From assembly GCF_058153355.1 (NCBI RefSeq), contig NZ_CM177019.1: a DNA stretch of 64,000 nt; one strand, given 5' to 3'. The notes beneath the pieces were generated by a model. It had not been told where the DNA came from. It was given only the letters and a program-made list of their open reading frames with translations, and searched no databases. The translations under genes were made by a program, and so were the position numbers. Positions 43,985 to 55,198 of this stretch are shown piece after piece (position 1 is the stretch's first letter; each line of letters begins with the position of its first letter).

Positions 43985-44914
43985 ATGCAGTTACAGAAAT
44001 TAGTCAATATGTTTGGTGGTGATCTCACCCGTCGTTATGGGCAAAAGGTGCATAAGCTGACGCTGCACGGCGGTTTTAGCTGCCCTAACCGTGACGGTAC
44101 CATCGGGCGTGGTGGCTGCACATTCTGTAATGTTGCCTCGTTTGCCGATGAAGCGCAGCAGCATCATTCCATTGCCGAGCAACTGGCGCACCAGGCGAAT
44201 TTAGTTAACCGCGCTAAACGCTATCTGGCCTACTTTCAGGCGTATACCAGCACCTTTGCGGAAGTTCAGGTGCTGCGTTCTATGTATCAGCAGGCGGTGA
44301 GCCAGGCCAATATTGTCGGTTTGTGTGTTGGTACCCGCCCGGACTGCGTGCCGGATGCGGTGCTGGATCTGCTTTGCGAATATAAGGACCAGGGCTACGA
44401 AGTGTGGCTGGAGCTGGGGCTACAAACCGCCCACGACAAAACGCTGCATCGCATCAATCGCGGTCATGATTTTGCCTGCTATCAGCGCACGACGCAGCTG
44501 GCGCGTGAGCGCGGGCTGAAGGTGTGTTCTCACTTAATTGTCGGCCTGCCTGGCGAAGGGCAGGCTGAATGTTTGCAAACGCTGGAGCGAGTGGTTGAAA
44601 CCGGCGTGGACGGCATAAAGCTGCATCCGCTACATATAGTAAAAGGCAGCATTATGGCGAAAGCCTGGGAAGCGGGGCGTTTGAACGGTATTGAACTGGA
44701 CGATTACACGCTCACTGCCGGAGAAATGATTCGCCATACGCCACCGGAAGTGATCTACCACCGCATTTCCGCCAGCGCCCGTCGCCCGACGCTGCTTGCT
44801 CCGCTGTGGTGCGAAAATCGATGGACGGGAATGGTCGAGCTGGATCGCTATCTGAATGAACATGGCGTACAGGGATCGGCGCTGGGACGTCCGTGGCTAC
44901 CTCCAACGGCGTAG
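43985..44914 (+). CDS. yhcC: Radical SAM protein YhcC
   Basis: Canonical start MQLQKLVNMFGGDLTRRYGQKVHKLTLHGGFSCPNRDGT inside ORF-track frame 43952-44914; CxxxCxxC-type cluster motif. Confidence 0.85.
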   Translation: MQLQKLVNMFGGDLTRRYGQKVHKLTLHGGFSCPNRDGTIGRGGCTFCNVASFADEAQQHHSIAEQLAHQANLVNRAKRYLAYFQAYTSTFAEVQVLRSMYQQAVSQANIVGLCVGTRPDCVPDAVLDLLCEYKDQGYEVWLELGLQTAHDKTLHRINRGHDFACYQRTTQLARERGLKVCSHLIVGLPGEGQAECLQTLERVVETGVDGIKLHPLHIVKGSIMAKAWEAGRLNGIELDDYTLTAGEMIRHTPPEVIYHRISASARRPTLLAPLWCENRWTGMVELDRYLNEHGVQGSALGRPWLPPTA

Positions 44915-45009
44915 GCCATTGAGGGGAATTCCGCATTTCTCACACAATTTATAACGTAACTGTCAGAATTGGGTATTATTGGGGCAGGTTGTCGTGAAGG
45001 AATTCCCTA

Positions 45010-47346
45010 ATGAAGCAAATTCGTCTGCTGGCGCAGTATTATGTTGACCTGATGATGAAGTTAGGTCTGGTGCGCTTCTCAATGTTGCTGGCGCTGGCCC
45101 TCGTCGTTCTTGCCATTGTGGTACAAATGGCAGTGACCATGGTGCTGCATGGTCAGGTCGAAAGCATTGATGTTATTCGTTCTATCTTCTTTGGTTTGCT
45201 GATTACGCCGTGGGCGGTCTACTTTCTATCGGTGGTCGTTGAGCAATTGGAGGAGTCACGACAACGTCTGTCACGGCTGGTGCAAAAACTGGAGGAGATG
45301 CGCGAGCGCGATTTGAGCCTCAACGTTCAGTTAAAAGATAATATTGCCCAGCTAAATCAGGAAATTGCCGTTCGTGAAAAAGCGGAAGCAGAACTGCAGG
45401 AAACCTTCGGCCAACTGAAAATTGAAATTAAAGAGCGCGAAGAGACACAAATTCAGCTCGAGCAGCAATCCTCATTCTTACGTTCCTTCCTTGATGCTTC
45501 ACCCGACCTGGTTTTTTATCGTAACGAAGATAAAGAGTTTTCCGGCTGTAACCGCGCGATGGAGCTGCTGACCGGAAAAAGCGAAAAACAACTGGTTCAT
45601 TTAAAACCTGCTGATGTTTACTCGCCGGAAGCTGCCGCGAAAGTTATTGAAACCGATGAAAAAGTATTTCGTCATAATGTGTCTCTGACCTATGAACAGT
45701 GGTTGGATTATCCCGACGGACGCAAAGCCTGCTTTGAAATCCGTAAAGTGCCGTACTATGACCGCGTGGGTAAACGTCACGGTTTAATGGGTTTTGGTCG
45801 CGACATTACCGAGCGTAAGCGGTATCAGGATGCGCTTGAACGCGCCAGCCGCGACAAAACGACGTTTATCTCCACCATCAGTCACGAATTGCGTACACCG
45901 CTGAACGGTATCGTCGGCCTGAGCCGCATTTTGCTGGATACTGAACTTACCGCTGAGCAGGAAAAATATCTCAAAACAATCCATGTTTCGGCCGTCACGC
46001 TGGGGAATATCTTCAACGATATTATTGACATGGATAAGATGGAGCGGCGCAAGGTCCAGCTTGATAATCAGCCAGTTGATTTCACCAGCTTCCTTGCCGA
46101 TCTGGAAAATCTCTCCGCATTGCAGGCGCAACAGAAAGGGTTGCGCTTTAATCTGGAACCGACGCTGCCATTACCGCATCAGGTCATTACTGATGGGACG
46201 CGTTTACGGCAGATCCTGTGGAACCTCATCAGTAACGCCGTCAAATTTACCCAGCAGGGCCAGGTTACCGTGCGCGTGCGCTACGATGAAGGCGATATGC
46301 TGCATTTTGAAGTGGAAGACTCTGGTATCGGCATTCCGCAGGATGAGCTGGATAAAATCTTCGCCATGTATTACCAGGTGAAAGACAGTCATGGCGGTAA
46401 ACCTGCCACTGGCACCGGTATTGGTCTGGCCGTTTCTCGTCGTCTGGCGAAAAATATGGGCGGCGATATTACGGTTACCAGCGAACAGGGCAAAGGTTCA
46501 ACCTTTACGTTGACGATCCACGCACCGTCGGTAGCAGAAGAGGTTGATGATGCGTTTGATGAAGACGATATGCCTTTACCGGCGCTGAATGTGCTGCTGG
46601 TGGAAGACATTGAACTGAACGTGATTGTCGCACGCTCTGTGCTGGAAAAATTAGGTAACAGCGTTGATGTCGCCATGACCGGCAAGGCGGCGCTGGAGAT
46701 GTTTAAACCGGGCGAATACGACCTGGTGTTGCTGGATATTCAGTTGCCAGATATGACCGGGCTGGATATCTCTCGTGAACTGACGAAGCGTTATCCGCGC
46801 GAGGATTTACCGCCGCTGGTGGCCTTAACCGCTAACGTGCTGAAAGACAAACAAGAGTACCTCAATGCTGGAATGGATGATGTGCTGAGTAAGCCGCTTT
46901 CTGTTCCGGCGCTAACCGCGATGATCAAGAAATTCTGGGATACCCAGGATGATGAGGAGAGTACGGTGACGACAGAAGAGAACAGTAAATCAGAAGCATT
47001 GCTCGATATTCCCATGCTGGAACAGTATCTCGAACTTGTAGGACCGAAGCTGATCACCGATGGGTTAGCGGTGTTTGAGAAGATGATGCCGGGATATGTC
47101 AGCGTGCTGGAGTCGAATCTGACGGCGCAGGATAAAAAAGGCATTGTTGAGGAAGGACATAAAATTAAAGGTGCGGCGGGGTCAGTGGGGTTACGCCATC
47201 TGCAACAGCTGGGTCAGCAAATTCAGTCTCCTGACCTTCCAGCCTGGGAAGATAACGTCGGTGAATGGATTGAAGAGATGAAAGAAGAGTGGCGTCACGA
47301 CGTAGAAGTACTGAAAGCGTGGGTGGCAAAAGCTACTAAAAAATGA
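45010..47346 (+). CDS. arcB: Aerobic respiration control sensor kinase ArcB (tripartite hybrid kinase)
   Basis: 778-aa ORF with two TM helices, PAS, HisKA (SHELRTPLNGI), receiver and HPt domains. Confidence 0.95.
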   Translation: MKQIRLLAQYYVDLMMKLGLVRFSMLLALALVVLAIVVQMAVTMVLHGQVESIDVIRSIFFGLLITPWAVYFLSVVVEQLEESRQRLSRLVQKLEEMRERDLSLNVQLKDNIAQLNQEIAVREKAEAELQETFGQLKIEIKEREETQIQLEQQSSFLRSFLDASPDLVFYRNEDKEFSGCNRAMELLTGKSEKQLVHLKPADVYSPEAAAKVIETDEKVFRHNVSLTYEQWLDYPDGRKACFEIRKVPYYDRVGKRHGLMGFGRDITERKRYQDALERASRDKTTFISTISHELRTPLNGIVGLSRILLDTELTAEQEKYLKTIHVSAVTLGNIFNDIIDMDKMERRKVQLDNQPVDFTSFLADLENLSALQAQQKGLRFNLEPTLPLPHQVITDGTRLRQILWNLISNAVKFTQQGQVTVRVRYDEGDMLHFEVEDSGIGIPQDELDKIFAMYYQVKDSHGGKPATGTGIGLAVSRRLAKNMGGDITVTSEQGKGSTFTLTIHAPSVAEEVDDAFDEDDMPLPALNVLLVEDIELNVIVARSVLEKLGNSVDVAMTGKAALEMFKPGEYDLVLLDIQLPDMTGLDISRELTKRYPREDLPPLVALTANVLKDKQEYLNAGMDDVLSKPLSVPALTAMIKKFWDTQDDEESTVTTEENSKSEALLDIPMLEQYLELVGPKLITDGLAVFEKMMPGYVSVLESNLTAQDKKGIVEEGHKIKGAAGSVGLRHLQQLGQQIQSPDLPAWEDNVGEWIEEMKEEWRHDVEVLKAWVAKATKK

Positions 47347-47458
47347 CCCCGGCTAGACCGGGGTGCGCGAATACTGCGCCAACACCAGGGAAATCTTGGC
47401 TGCGCCGTAAATTATTATGATGAGTTACAAGGGCACAGCACTGTTTTTCAGGCCGCAC
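47338..47458 (-). ncRNA. arcZ: ArcZ small RNA (RyhA/SraH), Hfq-dependent
   Basis: Minus strand reads gtgcggcctgaaaaacagtgctgtgcccttgtaactcatcataataatttacggcgcagccaagatttccctggtgttggcgcagtattcgcgcaccccggtctagccggggtcatttttt, matching the ArcZ sequence as recalled; terminator hairpin and U-run overlap the last arcB codons. Confidence 0.85.
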
Positions 47459-47575
47459 GCAGTTAAGATAGCAAAACTTAAATGATTTGTTACATGAATC
47501 AGTTAAATGTGTGATGCGTAGCATTTTTATTAAAAAAATTAATGTGTTTCAGTCAATTGCGAAAGGATGATCACA

Positions 47576-48229
47576 ATGAAGAAAATTGGCGTAATTCTGA
47601 GCGGATGCGGCGTCTATGACGGTTCTGAAATTCATGAAGCGGTGTTGACGTTGTTAGCTATTTCACGCAGCGGTGCGCAGGCGGTCTGCTTTGCACCGGA
47701 TAAGCAGCAGGTTGATGTTATCAACCATTTAACTGGCGAAGCGATGACGGAAACGCGCAATGTGCTGATTGAAGCGGCACGAATAACGCGCGGTGAAATC
47801 CGTCCTCTGGCTCAGGCCGATGCCGCTGAACTGGATGCGTTGATTGTGCCGGGGGGGTTTGGCGCGGCGAAGAATTTAAGCAATTTTGCCAGTCTTGGTA
47901 GCGAATGCACCGTTGACCGTGAATTAAAGGCGCTGGCACAAGCGATGCATCAGGCCGGAAAACCGCTTGGTTTTATGTGTATTGCCCCGGCGATGCTGCC
48001 GAAAATTTTCGATTTCCCGCTGCGTTTGACCATCGGTACTGATATCGATACCGCAGAAGTGCTGGAAGAGATGGGCGCGGAGCATGTGCCGTGTCCTGTC
48101 GATGATATCGTGGTTGATGAAGACAATAAGATTGTCACCACCCCGGCATATATGCTTGCGCAGAACATTGCAGAAGCGGCGAGCGGCATTGATAAGCTGG
48201 TTTCCCGCGTGCTGGTTCTGACTGAATGA
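47576..48229 (+). CDS. elbB: DJ-1/PfpI-family protein ElbB (YhbL)
   Basis: Canonical start [26 protein letters not shown] inside ORF-track frame 47567-48229; 217 aa. Confidence 0.85.
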   Translation: MKKIGVILSGCGVYDGSEIHEAVLTLLAISRSGAQAVCFAPDKQQVDVINHLTGEAMTETRNVLIEAARITRGEIRPLAQADAAELDALIVPGGFGAAKNLSNFASLGSECTVDRELKALAQAMHQAGKPLGFMCIAPAMLPKIFDFPLRLTIGTDIDTAEVLEEMGAEHVPCPVDDIVVDEDNKIVTTPAYMLAQNIAEAASGIDKLVSRVLVLTE

Positions 48230-48954
48230 GTAAAAGCCGCTTAACGGTGTTTAGTTTCGTTCGCCGTTTTCTTCTACGGTTAATGGTTGTCCTCGCCATT
48301 TTCTGGGGCGGGGGCATCGCGTTGTTTAGCGTTGCGCCTGTTCCTTTCTCAGCGGTAATGGCCGAGCGACAAGTCAGCGCCTGGCTGCATGGCAATTTTC
48401 GTTACGTGGCACATTCTGACTGGGTCAGTATGGATCAAATCTCGCCGTGGATGGGACTGGCGGTGATTGCCGCAGAAGATCAGAAGTTTCCTGAGCACTG
48501 GGGCTTTGATGTCGCTTCCATTGAGCAAGCCCTGGCGCACAACGAGCGCAATGAAAACCGTATTCGCGGCGCATCAACGATTTCTCAGCAAACAGCCAAA
48601 AATCTCTTTTTATGGGATGGACGTAGCTGGGTACGAAAAGGGTTGGAAGCCGGATTAACGCTGGGGATAGAAACAGTCTGGAGCAAAAAGCGTATCCTGA
48701 CGGTTTACCTGAATATCGCCGAATTTGGCGACGGTGTGTTTGGCGTCGAAGCTGCGGCACAACGTTATTTCCACAAACCCGCGAGCAAACTTACCCGGTC
48801 GGAAGCTGCGTTACTGGCTGCCGTATTACCTAATCCACTGCGTTTCAAAGTCTCCGCGCCATCGGGCTATGTGCGTAGCCGTCAGGCGTGGATTTTACGG
48901 CAGATGTATCAGTTAGGCGGTGAGTCGTTTATGCAACAACACCAGCTGAATTAA
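48226..48954 (+). CDS. mtgA: Monofunctional peptidoglycan glycosyltransferase MtgA
   Basis: 242-aa ORF with transglycosylase motifs ([21 protein letters not shown]); start overlaps elbB stop. Confidence 0.9.
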   Translation: MSKSRLTVFSFVRRFLLRLMVVLAIFWGGGIALFSVAPVPFSAVMAERQVSAWLHGNFRYVAHSDWVSMDQISPWMGLAVIAAEDQKFPEHWGFDVASIEQALAHNERNENRIRGASTISQQTAKNLFLWDGRSWVRKGLEAGLTLGIETVWSKKRILTVYLNIAEFGDGVFGVEAAAQRYFHKPASKLTRSEAALLAAVLPNPLRFKVSAPSGYVRSRQAWILRQMYQLGGESFMQQHQLN

Positions 48955-49583
48955 GCTTCGCGCGAAGTGAGGGCCAGCGTTTTGCTCTCACGTGGTTGCA
49001 GATCTTTCTGTAGGGCAATAGCCAGTGCCGGCTGGGCGATAAACCGTTTCCATAACCGCTCTTGCTTTCGCTGACAACACCACTTTGACCAGGTCGCCAG
49101 TGGAATCAACGTGCTTTCACCAATGTTGTCGCAGACGACGGGGATAACCTCTGACTCACTGATGCGGTGACAGAGGATATTCTGCGGCTTCAACGACATC
49201 GTCACGATATGGTTATCCTGCAAATAACGTTTCAGCTGTTTCAGTAACTGGCGCAGCTGTGCAACGTCTTCTTCGTAACGGCATTGTTCTGCAAATTCGG
49301 TCAGCGTAACGGAGGGCTTACCGTCGAAATCGGCAATCACATCGTAGACATAACCCGTTCCGCAATCCGTCTCCACGGTACCGTGATAGCGCGGTATTCC
49401 ACTCCAGTCTTTTAACCGGCGACCAAGATGCGCGTAATACTTTAACTCACGGCGGATCTCTTTATCACCACCATCACCACGGTGGTAGACAATCTTGATA
49501 CAGCGTTGGGCATCTTCCGGATGCGCATAACATTTCCGATGTCTTCCGGTGCCCAAGGGATTTTGTTCAGATAAGCGAATCAT
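48951..49583 (-). CDS. yrbL: PhoP-regulated protein YrbL
   Basis: Canonical start [33 protein letters not shown] inside ORF-track frame 48951-49640; 210 aa; the longer frame would swallow the PhoP box. Confidence 0.8.
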   Translation of the reverse strand: MIRLSEQNPLGTGRHRKCYAHPEDAQRCIKIVYHRGDGGDKEIRRELKYYAHLGRRLKDWSGIPRYHGTVETDCGTGYVYDVIADFDGKPSVTLTEFAEQCRYEEDVAQLRQLLKQLKRYLQDNHIVTMSLKPQNILCHRISESEVIPVVCDNIGESTLIPLATWSKWCCQRKQERLWKRFIAQPALAIALQKDLQPRESKTLALTSREA

Positions 49584-49632
49584 ACCATCTCTTGGAAATA
49601 TTTTCTGACGATCTCCAGTATGGTCGAATAAC

Positions 49633-49650
49633 TTAAACAAAACCTAAACA
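49633..49650 (-). promoter_or_regulatory. PhoP box (direct repeat TGTTTA-N5-TGTTTA) in the yrbL promoter
   Basis: Minus strand reads tgtttaggttttgtttaa about 50 bp upstream of the yrbL start; matches the PhoP-box consensus. Confidence 0.55.
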
Positions 49651-49795
49651 ATGCCTCTTAAGGTTTTCTTAAGGTTCTTCTGAAAGTGAAAAGCGCACAA
49701 AATGTACAATTTCCGTCATTAATAACGATTTCAGTACGCGCTTTTTTTATTGTCGGGGGGAGCTTGAAGGGATTTGTATGTCAAAGTGATGAAAA

Positions 49796-50068
49796 TTAAT
49801 CTTCATCAAAACCAGAGTTAAAGAGGGCGATAACGGCGGCCAGTGCTTCCTCTTCCTGTGGACCGGTCGCTTCGACTTCAATCTGCCGTCCTTTGGCAGA
49901 ATCCAGCATCAGCAGCGCAATAACGCTGTTGGCTTCAGCTTCAGTGCCTTCATCGTTACGTAACAGCACTTCAGCGTCAAAACCCTGCATTAATTCAAAC
50001 AGCTTCATTGCAGGCCGGGCATGCATGCCCAGCTTGTTTGTGATTTCAACAGTTTGCTTGACGGTCAT
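49796..50068 (-). CDS. ptsO: Phosphocarrier protein NPr (PTS-Ntr)
   Basis: 90-aa HPr-like [33 protein letters not shown]... Confidence 0.9.
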
Positions 50069-50919
50069 GGTTTACGTTTTTCCAGCGTACGATGGCGTGA
50101 CTGGACGTTTTTACCGCGTGAACGGAAGTAGTCTGCCAACTGCTCTGCAATATACACCGAACGGTGCTTCCCGCCAGTACAACCAATGGCGACCGTCAGG
50201 TAGCTACGGTTGTTGGTTTCCAGCATAGGTAACCATAGCTCAAGATAGCTTCGCGTCTGGTAAATAAAATTGTGTACTTCTGTGTGGCGGTCGAGGAACG
50301 CGGCGACAGGCTTATCAAGACCTGTCATCGGACGCAGTTTTGGATCCCAGTGCGGGTTCGGCAAGAAGCGCACGTCAAAGACGTAATCTGCATCGATAGG
50401 GATACCGTGTTTGAAGCCGAAAGACTCAAAGACCATGGTCAGTTCGCGTTCACGTTTACCCAGTAAACGGGTACGCAACATTTCTGCCAGCTCGTGAACG
50501 GACATTTCTGAGGTATCGACAATCAGATCCGCTCGCGAACGCAGTGGTTCCAGTAGATCGCTTTCTTTGTCGATAGCACTTTCCAGCGACAGGTTTTTGC
50601 TGGAAAGGGGATGCAGGCGGCGCGTGTCACTGTAACGACGAATTAAGGTATTACGGTCGGCATCCAGGAACAGGAGTTGCGGTGAGAAAGCGTCAGGTAG
50701 GTTACTCATCGCCTGTTCGAATATTTCTGGTGACTCCGGCATATTACGAACATCAATGCTGACGGCGGCAGAAATCTCGCGATCGGCCAGAGTTCGAGCC
50801 AGATCGGGTAACAACACTACGGGGAGGTTATCCACGCAGTAAAAACCCATATCTTCCAGCGCACGAAGGGCGACAGATTTACCTGAACCTGAACGTCCGC
50901 TGACGATCATCAGTACCAT
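50065..50919 (-). CDS. rapZ: RNase adaptor protein RapZ (YhbJ)
   Basis: 284-aa ORF with P-loop [26 protein letters not shown]. Confidence 0.9.
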
Positions 50920-50964
50920 GTACTGTTTCTCCTCACAACGTCTAAAAGAGACATTACCGAATAA

Positions 50965-51456
50965 CTACGCTTCATCCGGAGTACCTTCGGTATCCGTAAT
51001 GATTTGATACAGCTCTTCATCGCTCTGGGCTGCGCGTAAACGGCGGCAGATGGTTTTATCCGCCAGACGTTTCGCCACCAGCGACAGAGTATGCAGGTGC
51101 GTTTTGGTTTGGTCAGCCGGAACCAGCAACGCAAACAGTAAATCTACCGGTTGGTTGTCAATGGCATCGAAAGCTATGGGCGTTTCGAGCTGAACGAAAA
51201 CGCCAACGGCGCGCAGAGTATCTTCTTCCAGTTTGCCATGCGGAATGGCTATACCATTGCCGATACCGGTACTGCCCATTTTTTCCCGCGTCAGGATAGC
51301 TTCAAAAACCACCTGAGGCGGCAGGCTAAGTTGTTTCGCCGCCAGCTCGCTGATGATTTCCAGGGCGCGTTTTTTGCTCTGACAGTGGACGCGGCTTCGC
51401 GTACATTCCCTGTTAAGAACAGTGCTAAGCTGTAGAGTTGTATCATTATTTGTCAT
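50965..51456 (-). CDS. ptsN: Nitrogen-regulatory PTS protein EIIA-Ntr
   Basis: Canonical start MTNNDTTLQLSTVLNRECTRSRVH inside ORF-track frame 50965-51480; 163 aa. Confidence 0.9.
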   Translation of the reverse strand: MTNNDTTLQLSTVLNRECTRSRVHCQSKKRALEIISELAAKQLSLPPQVVFEAILTREKMGSTGIGNGIAIPHGKLEEDTLRAVGVFVQLETPIAFDAIDNQPVDLLFALLVPADQTKTHLHTLSLVAKRLADKTICRRLRAAQSDEELYQIITDTEGTPDEA

Positions 51457-51573
51457 AATTTCACCTAAGAACCTGCTCACTCAAACGGTGGAACAGGTTC
51501 GGAGCATTAACTGTACAAATGGCCCGTTGTGCCGCACAACAGGCCGCCATGCACATGCTAATTGCCCGGACAA

Positions 51574-51861
51574 TTAGTGTTGTTTCAGTTTATCTTTATG
51601 TTTGGTCAACTGGCGTGCCAGCTTATCAATTAAGCCATCAATGGCAGCGTACATGTCCTGACCTTCCGCGCTGGCATGAATTTCACCACCGTTTACATGC
51701 AGTGTTGCATCTGAGGTATGGGTGACTTTCTCCACTTTCAGAACAACATAGACCTGGTTGATTCGGTCAAAATATTGCTCAAGTTTGGCAAATTTAGCAG
51801 TAACAAATTCGCGCAGTGCCTCGGTGATCTCGACGTTATTTCCGGTAATGTTGAGCTGCAT
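51574..51861 (-). CDS. hpf: Ribosome hibernation promoting factor
   Basis: Canonical start MQLNITGNNVEITEALREFVTAKF inside ORF-track frame 51574-51945; 95 aa. Confidence 0.9.
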   Translation of the reverse strand: MQLNITGNNVEITEALREFVTAKFAKLEQYFDRINQVYVVLKVEKVTHTSDATLHVNGGEIHASAEGQDMYAAIDGLIDKLARQLTKHKDKLKQH

Positions 51862-51883
51862 AGTGTCTTCCTTATCGGTTGGG

Positions 51884-53317
51884 TCAAACGAGCTGTTTAC
51901 GCTGGTTTGACGGCGGAATGGATAAAGACTCTCGGTACTTCGCAACAGTGCGGCGTGCCACCATGATACCTTGTTCCGACAGCAAAGAGGTTAACTTGCT
52001 GTCGCTCAACGGTTTCGCTGGGTTTTCCGCCGCGATTAATTTCTTCACCAGCGCACGAATTGCCGTTGAGGAAGCTTCGCCGCCGCCCTCGGTATTGACG
52101 TGACTGGAAAAGAAATACTTCAGTTCAAAAATGCCTCGTGGACTATGCAGGTATTTTTGCGTGGTCACGCGAGATATCGTCGATTCATGCATTTCGACAG
52201 CCTGGGCGATATCGGCCAGTACCATCGGTTTCATATATTCTTCGCCTTGCTCAAAGAAGGCTTGCTGCTGTTCAACGATACAGCGACTCACGCGTAGTAG
52301 CGTATCGTTACGGCTTTCCAGACTCTTGATCAACCATTTGGCATCCTGCAGATTGCTGCGGATAAACTGGCTGTCACCGTCGTTGCGCGCGTTATTGCAC
52401 ATCGAGGCGTAGTGCTGGTTGATTTGCAGACGCGGAATGCTGTCGCTATTGAGTTCTACCGTCCAGTGACCGTTATGCTTACGTACCAGTACATCTGGAA
52501 TGACATACTCCGGTTCGCCAGTCTGGATCGACTGTCCGGGGCGTGGATCGAGCGACTGGATCAGATTGACGGCTTCTTTCAGCACATCTTCTTTCAGTCG
52601 CGTGACGCGCATTAAGGTACGGAAGTCGTGATTGGCTAACAGATCGAGATGATCGCTAATGATCAGTCTCGCCTCTTCCAGCCACGGCGTAGTTTTATCG
52701 AATTGGGAGAGTTGGATCAGCAGGCAGTCACGCAGATCTTTCGCCGCTACGCCGACCGGATCAAACCGTTGGATCCGCTTCAGGACGGCTTCAACTTCAT
52801 CGATGTCGATTTCTTCATCGCCCATACTTTCGAGAATATCTTCCAGCGGAACAGTCAGATAACCGGTGTCATCAACGGCATCGACGATAGAGGTAGCAAT
52901 AGCGCGGTCAGTGTCGGAAAACGGTGTCAGCTCGACTTGCCACATCAGGTAATCTTGCAAGGTCTGCGTTGTTTCGCCCTGATAGACCGGCAGCTCGTCG
53001 TCAATGTAGTCACCGCTGGTGCCGGAGGGTGTACCAGCGGTGTAAATGGTGTCCCAACTGGCATCGAGCGGCAGCTCTTCCGGCATCTCTTTTTGTTCGA
53101 GTGCGTCGGCGGTGTCCAGTGTTTCACTGTCTTGCGTTTCGCGGGTGTCGATTTCTTCATGAGTGTCGATTTGCTCAAGCAGCGGATTACTCTCCAGCGC
53201 CTGCTGTAGCTCCTGCTGAAGTTCCAGCGTCGACAACTGCAACAGACGAATAGCCTGTTGGAGCTGTGGCGTCATCGCCAGTTGTTGGCTAAGCCTGAGT
53301 TGCAAACCTTGCTTCAT
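51884..53317 (-). CDS. rpoN: RNA polymerase sigma-54 factor
   Basis: 477-aa [42 protein letters not shown]... with C-terminal RpoN box [10 protein letters not shown]. Confidence 0.95.
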   Translation of the reverse strand: MKQGLQLRLSQQLAMTPQLQQAIRLLQLSTLELQQELQQALESNPLLEQIDTHEEIDTRETQDSETLDTADALEQKEMPEELPLDASWDTIYTAGTPSGTSGDYIDDELPVYQGETTQTLQDYLMWQVELTPFSDTDRAIATSIVDAVDDTGYLTVPLEDILESMGDEEIDIDEVEAVLKRIQRFDPVGVAAKDLRDCLLIQLSQFDKTTPWLEEARLIISDHLDLLANHDFRTLMRVTRLKEDVLKEAVNLIQSLDPRPGQSIQTGEPEYVIPDVLVRKHNGHWTVELNSDSIPRLQINQHYASMCNNARNDGDSQFIRSNLQDAKWLIKSLESRNDTLLRVSRCIVEQQQAFFEQGEEYMKPMVLADIAQAVEMHESTISRVTTQKYLHSPRGIFELKYFFSSHVNTEGGGEASSTAIRALVKKLIAAENPAKPLSDSKLTSLLSEQGIMVARRTVAKYRESLSIPPSNQRKQLV

Positions 53318-53364
53318 GTTCAGAATCGTACTCTCCTGATAAAACGTCGCAAACTTCTACCCTA

Positions 53365-54090
53365 TCAGAGTCTGAAGTCTTCCCCAAGGTATACACGCTT
53401 AACATGTTCGTCTTGTAAGATTTCTGTAGGCGTGCCGTGGGCGATCAAATGCCCCTGACTGACGATATAAGCGCGTTCACAAACCGCCAGCGTTTCACGC
53501 ACGTTATGGTCGGTGATCAGCACGCCCAGGCCGCTGTCGCGCAAGTGCTCAATGATGCGTTTGATGTCGATAACCGAGATCGGGTCAACCCCGGCAAACG
53601 GTTCATCAAGCAGAATAAATTTCGGATTCGCAGCCAGTGCACGGGCAATTTCTACACGGCGACGTTCACCCCCGGAGAGTGACTGCCCCATGCTGTCACG
53701 CAGGTGTTCGATGTGAAACTCTTCCATCAGCTCGTTCGCGCGGTCTTCACGTTGTTCAGCAGACAAGTCGTCACGAATTTGCAGTACCGCCATCAGGTTA
53801 TCGTAAACGCTGAGGCGACGAAAAATGGAGGCTTCCTGCGGCAGATAGCCGATACCGCGGCGCGCGCGCGCATGCAGAGGCAGCAGACTGATATCGTCAT
53901 CATCAATAATGATATTGCCCGCATCGCGCGGCACAATGCCAACAACCATGTAGAAAGTGGTGGTCTTACCGGCACCGTTTGGCCCCAGCAGACCGACAAT
54001 TTCCCCGGAGTTGACGGTCAGGCTGACGTCTTCTACCACGCGGCGGCCTTTATAGGCTTTTGCAAGGTTCTTTGCAGTTAATGTTGCCAT
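53365..54090 (-). CDS. lptB: LPS export ABC transporter ATPase LptB
   Basis: 241-aa ORF with Walker [10 protein letters not shown] and ABC signature LSGGERRR. Confidence 0.95.
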
Positions 54091-54096
54091 AACGAA

Positions 54097-54654
54097 TTAA
54101 TTACCCTTCTTCTGTGCCGGGGTCTGGCCTTTGTTGTTTTTGTCCTGCAGCTGCGACGGCACCAGAACGGTGGTTACGCGCTTGCCTTTGTCGCTGAACG
54201 CCTGCATTTTCTGCTCTTTCACCAGGTAAGTGATCTTATCACCCTTAATGTTGCTATCGACCTGCTGCAGATAAGCATTACCCGTCAGAACGACAAAATC
54301 TTTTGCCAGTTCGTAGTGCATCTGGGAAGCGTGACCTTCAACGGGTTTACCGTTGTCCTGCATCTGGTAGAACGTTGCCGGTTTACCGTAGCCGTCAATC
54401 ACTTCTTTACCTTGTTCGCCGCCCGGACGGGTAACGACCACTTTGTCGGCATTAATTTTGATGGTGCCCTGGGTGACGATGACATTACCGGTAAAGGTAA
54501 CCACGTTGCCTTGCATATCAAGAGATTGCTGGTCCGATTCAATGTGGATCGGCTGATCAGTGTCTCCGGTTACGGCAAATGCCGGAATGCTGGCGGCCAG
54601 AAGTGAGCTGGCAAGCACAAGATTAAGGCTGAGTTTGTTTGTTTTGAATTTCAT
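54097..54654 (-). CDS. lptA: Periplasmic LPS transport protein LptA
   Basis: Canonical start MKFKTNKLSLNLVLASSLLAASIPAFA inside ORF-track frame 54097-54675; 185 aa. Confidence 0.9.
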   Translation of the reverse strand: MKFKTNKLSLNLVLASSLLAASIPAFAVTGDTDQPIHIESDQQSLDMQGNVVTFTGNVIVTQGTIKINADKVVVTRPGGEQGKEVIDGYGKPATFYQMQDNGKPVEGHASQMHYELAKDFVVLTGNAYLQQVDSNIKGDKITYLVKEQKMQAFSDKGKRVTTVLVPSQLQDKNNKGQTPAQKKGN

Positions 54655-55198
54655 AGGATGTTCTAACCTTTTCAATCAGCTCGGCGTTCTTGCTGCGTAA
54701 GTTGCCGCGCATTTTCAGACCGCTGGAGTTAAATGTTGTTCCGTATAACGTGACAAGGTCTTCAGAGGTAACATCCTGCGTCACCAGATTGATCTGCGCG
54801 TTATCCGTCGTGATTCTGCGAAGTTGAGAGTCCGGCACGAGTGCGTTGACTTCAACGTGTCCATATAAATAGAGCATCCGGTCATTGGTCAGCTTGGCTT
54901 TATCTGCTTTTACGGACCATGTCGGGATTTTATCCTTATCAAACGTGGTAAGTACCGGCTGCGTAAACCACGAAACGGCCTGATCGGAATAATATTCAAC
55001 GTGTTGAGCAATCAATCGATAGCTTAGTGCCCCTTCTGGGTTATAGACGAGCGTGTCCGTATGCTCGCTTTTATAGGTGGGATCATTGTTGTTGACGACC
55101 ACCTGGGCGGTATCGTCTTTTTCGGCCATATTAATGCCGATCATCACCAGAACCGCCAGTGATAGCACAATGATAACCCAACGTCTGGCTTTACTCAT
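54623..55198 (-). CDS. lptC: LPS transport protein LptC
   Basis: 191-aa ORF MSKARRWVIIVLSLAVLVMIGINMAEKDD...; 3' end overlaps the lptA start by about 32 bp. Confidence 0.9.
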   Translation of the reverse strand: MSKARRWVIIVLSLAVLVMIGINMAEKDDTAQVVVNNNDPTYKSEHTDTLVYNPEGALSYRLIAQHVEYYSDQAVSWFTQPVLTTFDKDKIPTWSVKADKAKLTNDRMLYLYGHVEVNALVPDSQLRRITTDNAQINLVTQDVTSEDLVTLYGTTFNSSGLKMRGNLRSKNAELIEKVRTSYEIQNKQTQP

